Virus record (IMG/VR): IMGVR_UViG_3300029286_000012
DNA from: a virus
DNA length: 64,000 bases
Strand: one strand, 5' to 3'
Shown: positions 1 through 10,900 of the stretch, piece by piece
Position numbering within the stretch: position 1 is the first letter of the stretch
Layout: each line of letters starts with the position of its first letter
Made by a program: the position numbers and the translations under genes
Notes under the pieces: generated by a model
Databases searched by the model: none
The model's input: the letters and a program-made list of their open reading frames with translations, nothing else
Told to the model about the DNA's origin: nothing

Positions 1-579
1 GGAAACCAGGGCTTATTGATGCCTAAATTACAATATCGTTTCAGAGTTAACTTTCTGAATTTCGGTGTTGGCGCAACTGTTGAACTAACAAAACAGGTAA
101 TGGATATTAATAGACCACAAATCAGTTTTGAAGAAATTACACTACCTATCTATAACTCAACGTTGTATTTGGCAGGTAGACATAGTTGGAATGAATTGAC
201 AGTTAATTTAAGAGATGATGCTTCTGGTAGCGTTTCTAAATTAGTTGGTCAACAAGTTCAGAAACAATTAGATATGGTAGAACAAGCTTCAGCCGCAACC
301 GGTCAAGATTACAAGTTCCAAACAGACATTGAAATCTTAGATGGTGGTAACGGTACTGCTGTTCCTCAAATATTAGAAACTTGGGAATGTTATGGTTGCT
401 ATTTGAAAACAGCTAACTATGGTTCATTAAATTATGGTTCGAATGAAATTGCAACAATTGCATTGACAATTCGCTACGATAATGCAGTACAATCTCCATT
501 GAGTTCTGGTGTTGGTACAAACATCGGTCGAGTACTCGGTGGTTCTATTGTTACTGGTATCGGTGCTGGTCAAGGTTAA
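1..579 (+). CDS. Tail tube protein (T4 gp19-like), 5'-truncated by the window edge
   Basis: The frame is open from base 1 (GNQGLLMPKLQYRFRV). It carries the 'AGRHSWNELTVNLRDD' and 'W...GCY...YGSLNY...IALTIRYDNA' tube-protein pattern. Confidence 0.75.
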   Translation, partial: GNQGLLMPKLQYRFRVNFLNFGVGATVELTKQVMDINRPQISFEEITLPIYNSTLYLAGRHSWNELTVNLRDDASGSVSKLVGQQVQKQLDMVEQASAATGQDYKFQTDIEILDGGNGTAVPQILETWECYGCYLKTANYGSLNYGSNEIATIALTIRYDNAVQSPLSSGVGTNIGRVLGGSIVTGIGAGQG

Positions 580-603
580 TTGACTATATTGAAATTTTAA
601 CCC

Positions 604-1815
604 ATGTCGGGATTTTTTCAAAATCTACTTAAGGACGCTGCCGGAGGATTCTTCGGCAACGACTACCTTCGAGATTATACTCACGCCGCTAAGACTTTTA
701 GACCAAATGCATATCAGTATGCACCTAAACTTAAATTCTTATTCCATGTATATTTTGAAATAAATCCTGCAGTTTATTCAATTGGACTTTCTACTGGAAC
801 AAACTTTGGTTTGACAGTAAAAACAATTAAACTCCCTTCATATAGTTTTGATACACATACGATGAATCAATACAATCGTAAACGTATTGTACAAACGAAA
901 ATTAAATATGATCCGATAGATATTGCGTTTCATGACGATAATGGAAATAGTATTCGTAATATGTGGTATAACTATTATACATATTATTACAAAGATGCTA
1001 CCAAGCCAATATCAACTACTGCTGGTCGTGTAGGTCCTCAATTACCTACAAATCAACCACTGAATTTGGCAGCAGATTATAATTCACGTAACTTATACAA
1101 TAATTCAATAGTTGGAGATGAAGACTGGGGATATATAGGTGATACATCATCCCCATCACAGACATTGAGCAATTCTTCACAGGGTACTAGTAAAATACCT
1201 TTCTTTAAAAACATACAAATATATGGTTTTAATCAACACAACTTTGTATTGTACACATTGATAAATCCTATACTTACAAGATTTAGCCACGATACATATG
1301 ATTATAGTTCAGGTAATGGTACGATGACTAATACAATGACTATTGATTATGAAACTGTACAATATGCTGAAGGTGCACTAGATGGTCGTACTCCTAGTAA
1401 CACTGTACCAGGATTTGGTCTAGATGCTAATTATGATAGAACATTGAGCCCTATATCACGTTTAGGTTCTAATCAAACTATATTAGGTCAAGGTGGTTTA
1501 GTAGATGCAGCCGGTGGATTTACACAAGCATTAAGTGATGGTAATTACTTACTAGGAGCTCAAATAGCCGGAACTGCATACAATACATTTAAAAATGCAA
1601 ATCTAAAACAAGTAGCTAAATCAGATATTGACAGAGAATTAACAAGAGCTACGCAACAAGCATTGCCCGGGACAGTTAGAAGAACTCAATACTATCCCGG
1701 ATTTAGTGTAACACCGGCAGGTGTTGCAAGCGCCGGTAGTCCTACTCCTAATGTATTAGCATTCCCGCAACGCATTGGCCCAGCTGGAGCCGGTATTCAA
1801 TCTGGTCAAGGTTAA
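604..1815 (+). CDS. Tail-tube-fold baseplate/tube initiator protein (gp48/gp54-like)
   Basis: 'VKTIKLPSY..T.TMNQYNRKR.VQTKIKYDPI.I.FHDD' and 'MTIDYE' resemble the tube fold. It lies next to the tube gene. Confidence 0.55.
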   Translation: MSGFFQNLLKDAAGGFFGNDYLRDYTHAAKTFRPNAYQYAPKLKFLFHVYFEINPAVYSIGLSTGTNFGLTVKTIKLPSYSFDTHTMNQYNRKRIVQTKIKYDPIDIAFHDDNGNSIRNMWYNYYTYYYKDATKPISTTAGRVGPQLPTNQPLNLAADYNSRNLYNNSIVGDEDWGYIGDTSSPSQTLSNSSQGTSKIPFFKNIQIYGFNQHNFVLYTLINPILTRFSHDTYDYSSGNGTMTNTMTIDYETVQYAEGALDGRTPSNTVPGFGLDANYDRTLSPISRLGSNQTILGQGGLVDAAGGFTQALSDGNYLLGAQIAGTAYNTFKNANLKQVAKSDIDRELTRATQQALPGTVRRTQYYPGFSVTPAGVASAGSPTPNVLAFPQRIGPAGAGIQSGQG

Positions 1816-1818
1816 ATG

Positions 1819-1826
1819 TATAAATA
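1819..1826 (+). promoter_or_regulatory. T4-type late promoter TATAAATA, representative of about 20 TAAATA boxes in intergenic gaps
   Basis: The TAAATA core recurs upstream of genes at about 2657, 3411, 3904, 7318, 16346, 17400, 21974, 27624, 29777, 30857, 31702, 33370, 35623, 44741 and 56534. Confidence 0.75.
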
Positions 1827-1844
1827 CTTCTAGGAGATTTATAC

Positions 1845-2207
1845 ATGGCTAGAATACTTGACGCACGAACTCAACTTGATTCAACAGTAAGAATATTTGA
1901 CGACTTTTACGCATTTGACTTAGTAGTCAATGGTAATGAGTATGACATTGTGCATGGGTATTTTATATCAGTATGTGATACAAAACAAATAGCTAATAAT
2001 TTCACTGCACATTTGTTTAGAATATCTCAACAAACACAAGTACCTGTGTTAGATTTATTAAATTATATCAGAGGTTTGAATAACAAGTTAGAAATGAATA
2101 CTGTTATTACATACTATCTTAACAGTTTTAAAAGCAAAACAGCATTATATGGTATAGGAACAATACCTCAACCTAATCAGAATGTTGCTAGAAACGTAGT
2201 ATTATAA
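1845..2207 (+). CDS. Hypothetical virion-module protein
   Basis: ORF with AGGAG SD and a TATAAATA late promoter upstream. Confidence 0.6.
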   Translation: MARILDARTQLDSTVRIFDDFYAFDLVVNGNEYDIVHGYFISVCDTKQIANNFTAHLFRISQQTQVPVLDLLNYIRGLNNKLEMNTVITYYLNSFKSKTALYGIGTIPQPNQNVARNVVL

Positions 2208-2659
2208 TGGCTAAGTATGCACAGGGTATATATACTCCCAAGAACCCAACAAAATATGTAGGTAAACATACTCCTAGATATCGCAGTGGTTGGGAACTTA
2301 CATTTATGACCTTCTGTGATAGCAACAAGAGTGTATTGTACTGGGCTAGTGAATCATTTAGTGTTCCTTATCGTCATCCATTAACAGGCAAACCAACAAT
2401 ATATATACCTGACTTCTTTGTAGTTTATCAAAATAAGTATGGTAAACAGATAGCTGAAGTCGTAGAGATTAAACCAAAGAAACAAAGTCTTATTGAAAGT
2501 AAAGTTGCAAGTGCCAAAGATAGAATGGTTGTAGCAATCAATCACGCCAAATGGCAAGCCGCTATGGCTTTCTGTAAACAACAAGGATACACTTTCCGCG
2601 TAATTACGGAATCAGATTTGTTCCACAATGGAAACCCAAATTACAAAAATAAAAGATAA
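2207..2659 (+). CDS. Head completion nuclease (T4 gp4-like, TnsA-N fold)
   Basis: Motifs 'PKNPTKYVG', 'YRSGWE..FM..CD', 'WASE', 'YIPDF', 'EIKP', 'N.AKW.AA..FC...G..FRVITE'. Confidence 0.85.
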   Translation: MAKYAQGIYTPKNPTKYVGKHTPRYRSGWELTFMTFCDSNKSVLYWASESFSVPYRHPLTGKPTIYIPDFFVVYQNKYGKQIAEVVEIKPKKQSLIESKVASAKDRMVVAINHAKWQAAMAFCKQQGYTFRVITESDLFHNGNPNYKNKR

Positions 2660-2725
2660 ATAATAGTGAGGATCGCGGTACTGGAAATACCCACCCTCTC
2701 TAATGCTAACAAGGAGCAATCAGCA

Positions 2726-3424
2726 ATGATATTTATCAACAACAAATATACCTCGTGGTATAACTCCCTAATCAATAACGCCAAAAATAGAATAATTGAT
2801 GGCTACACAGAAAAACACCACATCATACCCAGTTCATTAGGCGGAAACAATGATGCTGACAACTTGGTAAAACTAACAGCCAGAGAACATTTTATATGTC
2901 ACCTGTTGTTGACTAAAATGACAACAGGAAACGACAAATATAAAATGAATTTTGCACTGCATATGTTATCAAATGCCAATAACATCGGTGAAGGTAGATA
3001 CACACCATGCAGTAGACTTTATGAATATGCAAGAAAGTGTTATAAAACTGCATTAGACAATTTTTGGACTGCTGAAAAAAGAAAAGAACATGCTGAAAAA
3101 ATAGGACCTAAAGTTAAAGGTACTAAACGATCAGAGGCGATGAAAGAAAAAATGCGTAATAGAAGTTGGACGGAAAAGGCATTAGAAAATAGGCTTAATA
3201 ATTGCTTGAAGGCTGCGGAAAATAGAAAAGGCTCTAACTGGTCTGATGAAAAAAGAGAACAGATGTTTGCGACATATCTTAACAAGAACAAACATTTGTT
3301 CCCTCAAGTGTTTGAGTTAGCTGATAGTGGTACAAATATTAAACAGATATCTATTAAATTACAAATTTCATGGGATAGAGTAAAATACATTTTGGACAAC
3401 AGAGACCGAATAAATAGCATATGA
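2726..3424 (+). CDS. Free-standing HNH homing endonuclease
   Basis: HNH motif 'YTEKHHIIPSSLGG.ND..NLVKLTAREHFICHLLL' and a basic NUMOD-like C-terminus. ATG 2726 follows AAGGAG. Confidence 0.85.
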   Translation: MIFINNKYTSWYNSLINNAKNRIIDGYTEKHHIIPSSLGGNNDADNLVKLTAREHFICHLLLTKMTTGNDKYKMNFALHMLSNANNIGEGRYTPCSRLYEYARKCYKTALDNFWTAEKRKEHAEKIGPKVKGTKRSEAMKEKMRNRSWTEKALENRLNNCLKAAENRKGSNWSDEKREQMFATYLNKNKHLFPQVFELADSGTNIKQISIKLQISWDRVKYILDNRDRINSI

Positions 3425-3903
3425 CAAAAAAATTAGAAGAATTATTTGAGCTTCCTGAAAACAATGATAGAGGAATTACCATTGCTTTGCCTGAAACTAT
3501 GGAAGAAATCACAAAGGATACAGCAGAAGCATTAGATAAGATTGAGGCTGCACTTCCACAAGTAAGAGGATTAGAAGCAAGTGATACTGAGATGGATGAG
3601 CTTGCTAGATTAGCAACAGATAGTTATAAAGATTTAATGGATTTGGGTATGCAGGTTGATAGTCGTTTTGCCAGTGAAATCTTTAATAGTGCTAGTAGTT
3701 TCTTAGGACACGCCATAACATCAAAAACAGCTAAAATCAATAAGAAGCTTAAAATGCTTGATTTACAGCTTAAAAAAGCACAACTAGACCAAAAAACAGC
3801 AGGCAAGGAAGAAGAAATAAATGCTACCCCTTTAGGTGAGGGTAAGAGTTTAGACCGTAATGAACTGCTTAAGATGTTGGCAACTAAAACAACAGATAAA
3901 TGA
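3421..3903 (+). CDS. Helical late protein, possible terminase small subunit
   Basis: Size, helical core and C-terminal 'DRNELLKML' recall gp16-like proteins. A late promoter sits directly upstream. The function is a guess. Confidence 0.35.
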   Translation: MTKKLEELFELPENNDRGITIALPETMEEITKDTAEALDKIEAALPQVRGLEASDTEMDELARLATDSYKDLMDLGMQVDSRFASEIFNSASSFLGHAITSKTAKINKKLKMLDLQLKKAQLDQKTAGKEEEINATPLGEGKSLDRNELLKMLATKTTDK

Positions 3904-3928
3904 TAAATACAGAATACAGGAATAAGAA

Positions 3929-4558
3929 ATGAAAAGCCTCAAACATTATATAACAGAAAGTGTACATACTTACAATTACACTATCAAGATTGCTGGCGAT
4001 GTGGATAAGAATTTTATAGATTTGTTTAAGTACAATCTTAATAAATTTGATCCTATCAGAATTAGTGATCCAGTAAAGACTCCTATTCAAAAGGATCCAT
4101 ATGGATTTCCTAACTTGAGTAATCAGAGTGTTACTATTATTAAAGCAGATTTTCGCTATCCAGCGACAGAGCCAATGATTCAGCAAATTGCACAACTACT
4201 AGGTTATCAGGTTGATATGGTTAGAGTTATATCAAGTGACTTTGATGATAGTATCAATAGTGAGAATGCAGGATATGCTAATGAGATGAGTCACAACCCA
4301 TTACTATTACATCCTGAATTAGAAGAACAACCTGGTGCTAAAGAAGCAAGTAAAAATTACGGCGATTCATACTTAAAGAGTATCAAAGACCAATCTAAGG
4401 GTTCAAAGATTGATACCCCTTACGCAGGTGCAAAAACACCTGACGCATTCGATCCATTCAAGCCTTACTTGGATGACAAGCAAATGGGTGATAAGAGCCC
4501 AATGAGTACAATCAAACGTCCACCTAAGCCACAAACTGGCGCAAGTGCATCTAAATAA
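3929..4558 (+). CDS. Hypothetical head-associated protein
   Basis: The N-terminus MKSLKHYITE resembles the T4 capsid-targeting sequence. A late promoter lies upstream. Confidence 0.5.
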   Translation: MKSLKHYITESVHTYNYTIKIAGDVDKNFIDLFKYNLNKFDPIRISDPVKTPIQKDPYGFPNLSNQSVTIIKADFRYPATEPMIQQIAQLLGYQVDMVRVISSDFDDSINSENAGYANEMSHNPLLLHPELEEQPGAKEASKNYGDSYLKSIKDQSKGSKIDTPYAGAKTPDAFDPFKPYLDDKQMGDKSPMSTIKRPPKPQTGASASK

Positions 4559-4570
4559 AAGGAACATAAA

Positions 4571-7249
4571 ATGGATTTCAAAAGTTTAATATCACAACTT
4601 GACCAGTTGAACGAAGCAACAGAAAAAACAAAAACTGGACTAAAGCATACTGCTGAGCCAGGTGGTTATGGTCGCAAAGACGATGAAGATGAAGAAGGCA
4701 ATAAGATTAAAGACAAAACTGCCGAGAAAAAAGGCAAAGGTCGTCCAAAGAAAGCTACATCCACATCAGGTGAAGATAAGAAGTATGACTTCAGTGCGTT
4801 TGGCGTAACTAAAGGTAAAGACGTTAAGTTACCTAAGTATGACAAGAAAAAAACTAAGAAGCATAGCATCAAAGAATATCTTGACCAAATGTATGCACCA
4901 TTGAATGAAATGGGTATTACTGTTAAACCAATGCCTGGTGCAAGTCAAATCATCGGTGCAGATGGTAAGCCAATGGGTACTGCTGATGCGGCAACTGCTA
5001 ATATGATTAAGCAAGCATCTGAAAAAGGTACACTTAAGTTTGGTGGTGATGAAGAAATGAAAGAAGGCGACATTGGCAAGCATAACAATGCTACAACAGG
5101 TTTTGATGCACTAGTTCGTAAACTAACACCTAAGTATGGTGTAGAGGCAGCTAAACGCATTGCTGGTGCACAACTAAAGAAAATTCGTGAAGCTGATATG
5201 CCTCCCCGTGATGCATTGGCAAGTCCATTGACATTAGAAAGCCGTAATAAAGCTGATAACAAAGCTGAAAAAGCAGGTAAAAAAGTTACTAAAGACTTAG
5301 AATACGATATGGGTCACAAAGGTAAAGATGACAATAAAGCCGAACGTGCTGGCAAGAAAGTTACCAAAGACATTGAGTATGATGAGAAAAAGAAAACCAA
5401 TGAAGCTAAAAAACCAGATGCTAATAAGAATGGTATCCCTGACTATGCTGAAGATGGCAAGGGTAAAAACGATTTAAAGAAAAAGAAAGTGAAAGAAGAT
5501 ATGGGTTCAGAATCAAAGACTGATAAAAGTAAATTACCATCGATGGCACACATTAAGAAAATGTGCAAAGACGGAAAGTCTGTAGCAGAAATTTGTAAAA
5601 TGCATCCTAATTGCGATCAAAAAGAACTAAAACAAATGATAGCTGATTGCAAAAAGAAAATGGTTAAAGAAGGTATGGATCAAAAATTAAATGCCGCTCG
5701 TTCAGAAGGCAAAGCACACGGACTACGTGGTCACTCACATTGTGGCAAGAACTACGAAGACATGGAAGAAGCACGTTGCTACCATGAAGGCTACAAAGAA
5801 GGTCTAGATGAGTGCTACGGTCAAGTGCCAATTCAAGGTTATGTTGGTGAAACTACTCCGGTAATAAACACAATGGCAAGCTATGGTGCTGAAGAAGGTG
5901 AATTAGCCGAAGCAGACATTGAAGAAAGTCCATTCACATGGGCCGCTAAGAACACACCAAAAGGTGAGAAGTTCAAGCTTGGTGGAAAAGAGTTTGTAAA
6001 GAATGATGCATTCGCTTTTGAAGCACTAGACAAACAATTAAATGCATTGTTAGAAGATAAAGAAGTTACTGAAGGTATGACTGTATCTATTAGTAAAGGT
6101 CAACAAGGTAGTCCTGATTCAGTAAGTGTGTCAGCACAAGACAGTGAAGCAGACCAATTATTGAGCGTTATCAAATCAGCAGGTTTAGGCTTGTTTGGTG
6201 GAGATGATAGTTCTGGAATGTCACACGCAGAGCCAATGACAGTAGACAATAATGGTGAGCCAGCTGAAATTGGCGCCGGTGGTGATGCTATTGAAGTAGT
6301 GGGCGATCACGATGGTATGATGAATTTGATGAAGAAACTATCAGGCATTGGTGGTAGTCAATCACACGATGAAGAAACCTGCGAGTCTTGTGGTGGAATG
6401 ATGGAAGCAGGACATTCTTGTAGTAAAGATAAAGAAATGGTTGATGAAGTTGAATCAGAAGACCAAATGACTTATCAAATGGCTGAAGATAATCCTCCTG
6501 ATTCAGGTGCTGATAATACTGATGCTGATGTTGCAGGTCAAGTAGGTAGTGACAAAGCATTAGCAACAGCAGATGCGGCAGAAGATGAAGCACAAGCTAA
6601 AATCTATTCAAGCCCAACTAACGAAACTGAAGAATTAACTCCTGCTGAAAAAGATGACTTTGATAAAAAACATCCTGCAAATGTTCCTTTCCCGGGCTAC
6701 AAGGGTAAAGTTAAAGAAGCTGAAGATGAAACTGGTGAAGAAGCTGGTAAAGAAGAAGAAAAGAAAGAAATGTCAGAATCAAGTTTTGTTAATCTTTATA
6801 AGAAACTAGCAATGTTATCAGAAGAATCTACTAGTGAGAAAGATGACAAAGCAGAGAAAGCCGCTAAGAAAGTCGCTAAGGATATCGAATATGACGAAGG
6901 TCATAAAGGTAAAGATGACGACAAAGCTGAAAAAGCCGGCAAGAAAGTCAAAAAAGACATTGAGTATGATGACAAGAAAGATAAGAAAGAGAAGAAGTTA
7001 GACGAGTGGGCTAATGATGCAGGTCCAGGCAAATCTGTTTCAGATACTACGTTTGAAACTGATATCGATTTTATGATGAACGTTATCAGTGGTGGTTTGA
7101 ACAAGCGTAAGCAAACTGGTCAAACAACTATCCCTGTCATTGCAAGCCAGTTAGGTAGACAAATGTCACGTAATACAACTGATATCAACGAATCCGTTGA
7201 TTCTAGTAATGCGGTTGCTCAATGGAAGAAATTAGCTGGACTTAAGTAA
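4571..7249 (+). CDS. Large K/E/D-rich putative prohead core/internal protein with internal repeats
   Basis: Highly charged, with many (L/V/I)xE sites and four copies of DxKAE(K/R)A(G/A)KKVxKD(I/L)EYD. Confidence 0.55.
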   Translation: MDFKSLISQLDQLNEATEKTKTGLKHTAEPGGYGRKDDEDEEGNKIKDKTAEKKGKGRPKKATSTSGEDKKYDFSAFGVTKGKDVKLPKYDKKKTKKHSIKEYLDQMYAPLNEMGITVKPMPGASQIIGADGKPMGTADAATANMIKQASEKGTLKFGGDEEMKEGDIGKHNNATTGFDALVRKLTPKYGVEAAKRIAGAQLKKIREADMPPRDALASPLTLESRNKADNKAEKAGKKVTKDLEYDMGHKGKDDNKAERAGKKVTKDIEYDEKKKTNEAKKPDANKNGIPDYAEDGKGKNDLKKKKVKEDMGSESKTDKSKLPSMAHIKKMCKDGKSVAEICKMHPNCDQKELKQMIADCKKKMVKEGMDQKLNAARSEGKAHGLRGHSHCGKNYEDMEEARCYHEGYKEGLDECYGQVPIQGYVGETTPVINTMASYGAEEGELAEADIEESPFTWAAKNTPKGEKFKLGGKEFVKNDAFAFEALDKQLNALLEDKEVTEGMTVSISKGQQGSPDSVSVSAQDSEADQLLSVIKSAGLGLFGGDDSSGMSHAEPMTVDNNGEPAEIGAGGDAIEVVGDHDGMMNLMKKLSGIGGSQSHDEETCESCGGMMEAGHSCSKDKEMVDEVESEDQMTYQMAEDNPPDSGADNTDADVAGQVGSDKALATADAAEDEAQAKIYSSPTNETEELTPAEKDDFDKKHPANVPFPGYKGKVKEAEDETGEEAGKEEEKKEMSESSFVNLYKKLAMLSEESTSEKDDKAEKAAKKVAKDIEYDEGHKGKDDDKAEKAGKKVKKDIEYDDKKDKKEKKLDEWANDAGPGKSVSDTTFETDIDFMMNVISGGLNKRKQTGQTTIPVIASQLGRQMSRNTTDINESVDSSNAVAQWKKLAGLK

Positions 7250-7261
7250 TTAGTTCTGCAC

Positions 7262-7293
7262 AAAAATACCCGGCACTAGTCGGGTATTTTTTT
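7262..7293 (+). terminator. Rho-independent terminator
   Basis: AAAAATACCCGGC-acta-GTCGGGTATTTTT stem followed by a T-run, just after the stop at 7249. Confidence 0.8.
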
Positions 7294-7329
7294 GGGTATG
7301 TGTTTATATTAAAACGATAAATACTCTAT

Positions 7330-7908
7330 ATGACTACTATATTTGACTATTATGTGTATGCTTACCTTCGTGAAGATGGCACTCCTTATTATATTGGTAA
7401 GGGAAAAAATAAACGTGCCTGGACTAAAGGTAAAGGAGAAGTTTATCCTCCTAAAGATAAATCTAAAATAATTATAATAGAAAAGTATCTTTCTAATATA
7501 GGGTCTTTAGCCATAGAGCGTAGGTTGATTAGATGGTACGGAAGAAAAGACAATAATACTGGAATACTTAGAAATAAAACTGACGGCGGTGACGGAGCAG
7601 GCGGAGTAAAACAATCATTAGAAGTTGTAACAAAAAGAGTAAATTCTAGTAGAGGCAAAGCTATGGGAATGACTGGTAAAAAACATAAACCAGAATCTAG
7701 TGAAAAAATAAGAATATCTATGTTAGGTAAAAACACAGGCCCACATACAGCAGAACATCGTATTGCTAGTGGTCTACCTAAAAGAGGGATGAAATATAAA
7801 TCACAATATATATTATCGTGTCCCTATTGTGATAAATCAGGTGGAAGTTCTAATATGAAAAGATATCATATGGATAATTGTAAATTGAAAGATAAGGTGA
7901 TAGGATGA
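7330..7908 (+). CDS. Free-standing GIY-YIG/NUMOD3 homing endonuclease
   Basis: '[19 protein letters not shown]...RA', '[21 protein letters not shown]', NUMOD3-like 'MTGKKH..ES.EKI' and a C-terminal CPYC. Confidence 0.85.
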   Translation: MTTIFDYYVYAYLREDGTPYYIGKGKNKRAWTKGKGEVYPPKDKSKIIIIEKYLSNIGSLAIERRLIRWYGRKDNNTGILRNKTDGGDGAGGVKQSLEVVTKRVNSSRGKAMGMTGKKHKPESSEKIRISMLGKNTGPHTAEHRIASGLPKRGMKYKSQYILSCPYCDKSGGSSNMKRYHMDNCKLKDKVIG

Positions 7909-10900
7909 GCCAGCAGAATATTGACTTTGGTACATTTCCAGATGATCCAGATGCGGATGCAATAAGAACGGCTTTTCAAAAAGTTCAACAAAACTTTGAT
8001 GAAATTTATGATTCAACAGCTAACGCCGCGGTATTATCAGTTAATCGCTCACAAGGTGCCGGCATAACAGTTAATGGACCTACTGGTAATGTTATTGTAA
8101 GTGCTAATATCGCTTCTATACAATTCAGCTCGGTAACACTAAAAGTAGGAACAAGTCCTAGTCCAACAACTAATACAGCATCATATACTAATTATAGTCA
8201 AACACTGTATATTGAAATCCCTAATAATTTATCTATTGGTAATATCACTGCTAATGGTTTTGTTTCTGCTACGGGTAATCTAACTGTAGCAAATGCTAAC
8301 TTAGGTAATTTAGCAACTGCTAATTTCTTCAGTGGTAGTGGTAATAATTTAAGTAATATCCAAGGTTCAAATGTTACCGGGACTGTAGGTAATGCTAACT
8401 TGGCAGGCACTGTAACAACTAATGCACAACCTAACATCACTAGCGTTGGTAATCTTACTAGTTTAGTTGTTAGTGGTAATATCACCCCTACCGCTAATAT
8501 TACATATGATTTAGGTAATAATACTAATCGTTTTAAAGACATTTACCTTGCAAATAGTACAATCTATTTAGGTAATGCTACAGTTCAAGCAAATGCAAAT
8601 GCATTGATATTAACCAATCCAATAGGTGGTCAATTAATTGTGTCGGGTAATGGTGCATCATACAGCAACTCTATTGTTAACGGAAATAGTAACGTTGATG
8701 TATATTTAGATAGTAACGTTGCTATTTCAGTAGCAGGTAATTCAAACGTTGTTATTGTAACCGGTAATAGTGTAAATGTTAATGGAACAATAAATTCTTC
8801 AAATGCTAATTTGGGAAATAGTGTTACAGCAAACTATTTTATTGGTAGTGGTGCAAACTTAACGAATATACCAGGTGCTAATATTACAGGTGCAATAGGT
8901 AATGCCAATGTTGCGGTAACAGTATCAGATAACGCACAACCTAATATTACAAGCACTGGCACATTAGCAAGTCTAAGTGTTTCAGGTAATGCTAATATTG
9001 GTAATATTGGTACTGGATTAATAACAGCAACTGGTAATTTAACTGGCGCTAATTTAATAACTGGTGGAACAATAAGTGCTACTGGAAACGCAAACGTTGG
9101 TAATATAGGAGCAGCCGCAGGTGTATTTACAACTATTGACGGATCTCTAACAACAGCCGCACAACCTAATATTACAAGCACTGGCACATTAGCAAGTCTA
9201 AGTGTTTCAGGTAATGCTAATATTGGTAATATTGGTACTGGATTAATAACAGCAACTGGTAATTTAACTGGCGCTAATTTAATAACTGGTGGATTAGTTA
9301 CCGCAACTGGTAATATCACCGGTGGTAATATTGATACTTCCGGAAATGTTTCTGGTGTAGGTAATGTCATTGGTGGTAATCTAACAACAGGTGGATTGGT
9401 TACTGCTATTGGTAATATCACCGGTGGTAATTTATTAACCGGCGGGATATTATCAGTTGGTGGTAATGCTAATGTAGGAAACATAGGTGGTAATAATGCA
9501 ATGTTTACCACACTAACCGGAACACTATCTACAGCCGCACAACCTAATGTCACAAGCACTGGCACATTAGCAAGTCTAAGTGTTTCAGGTAATGCAACAA
9601 TAACTAATTTATCAGTTACTGGAAATTTAAACGCAGGAGATATTATAGTCGGTTCTATTGCTAATGGAAATAGTAATGTTGATATTACTAACACAAACGG
9701 CAATGTAACTATAAGTGTGGATGGGGTTGCAAATGTTGCGACCTTCACATCTACCGGTGCAAATGTTACAGGTAATATTACTGCAGGTAATGTATCTGCA
9801 ACAACATTCACTGGTGCATTGACTGGGACGGCAACAAGTGCTAATACAGCAGGTACAGTAACATCTAATTCACAACCTAATGTCACAAGTTTAGGCACAT
9901 TAACAAGTTTAGCAGTTACAGGTAATATTAGTGCAGGTAATGTATCTGCAACAACATTCACTGGTGCACTAAGTGGCGCGGCAACAACAGCAGGTACCGT
10001 AACAACTGCGGCACAACCAAATATTACCAGTACAGGTACGCTAACTTCATTAGCAGTTACAGGTAATATTAGTGCAGGTAATGTATCTGCAACAACATTC
10101 ACTGGTGCACTAAGTGGCGCGGCAACAACAGCAGGCACAGTAACAACTAATTCACAACCCAATATTACAAGTTTAGGCACACTGACTGGTTTAACTGTTA
10201 ACGGTACTGCTAATTTAGGTTCAGTCAGTAACATTAAAATTGCAGGTACTACAGGATTCTTGCAAAGTGATGGTAACGGTAATTTATCGTTTGCTTCTGC
10301 TATTATTCAATCTATCCCGGGTGCGGCAAATACAGTATTATTATCAAATGGTGCAAACAACATTATTGCCTCTGGAAACATTAAATTCAATGATCCACAA
10401 TTAGATATTACAGGTAATTTATCTGTTACTGGCAACGCAAACGTAGGTAACATTGGTGCTACTAATATTGTAGGAACATTGACAACAAATGCACAAAATA
10501 ACATCACAAGTTTAGGTACTTTAACAAGTCTTGCGATTGGTGGTAATTTAAATTCAAACTCTAATATTGTATTAAACAACGTTAATGCTAATATTAGCAC
10601 ATTGGGTAATATGACTGCTAACGTGTATTTTGGTAATGGTAGTCAATTAACTGGCATTACAGTGGGTGCCGGCTCAAGTATTGTTAATGGTAATAGTAAT
10701 GTTACTGTTAATGCTAATAGTAGTGTAACTATTAGTGCTATAGGAACACCTAACGTAGTTATCATAACGAACACAAGTGCTAATATTACAGGAAATTTAA
10801 GTGTCTCTGGTAATATTACTGCTGGTAATGTTACTGGAAACGTTAGTGGTAGCGCAACTACTGCAGGTACAGTAACAACTAATGCACAACCAAATATTAC

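Noticed and set aside
2207-2659. TnsA-like transposase
   Set aside because: The fold is shared with the T4 gp4 head-completion protein, the context is morphogenesis, and there are no other Tn7 genes or ends.
2666-7908. Homing endonucleases as group I intron-encoded
   Set aside because: The flanking genes look complete, each nuclease has its own late promoter, and there is no room for an intron core.
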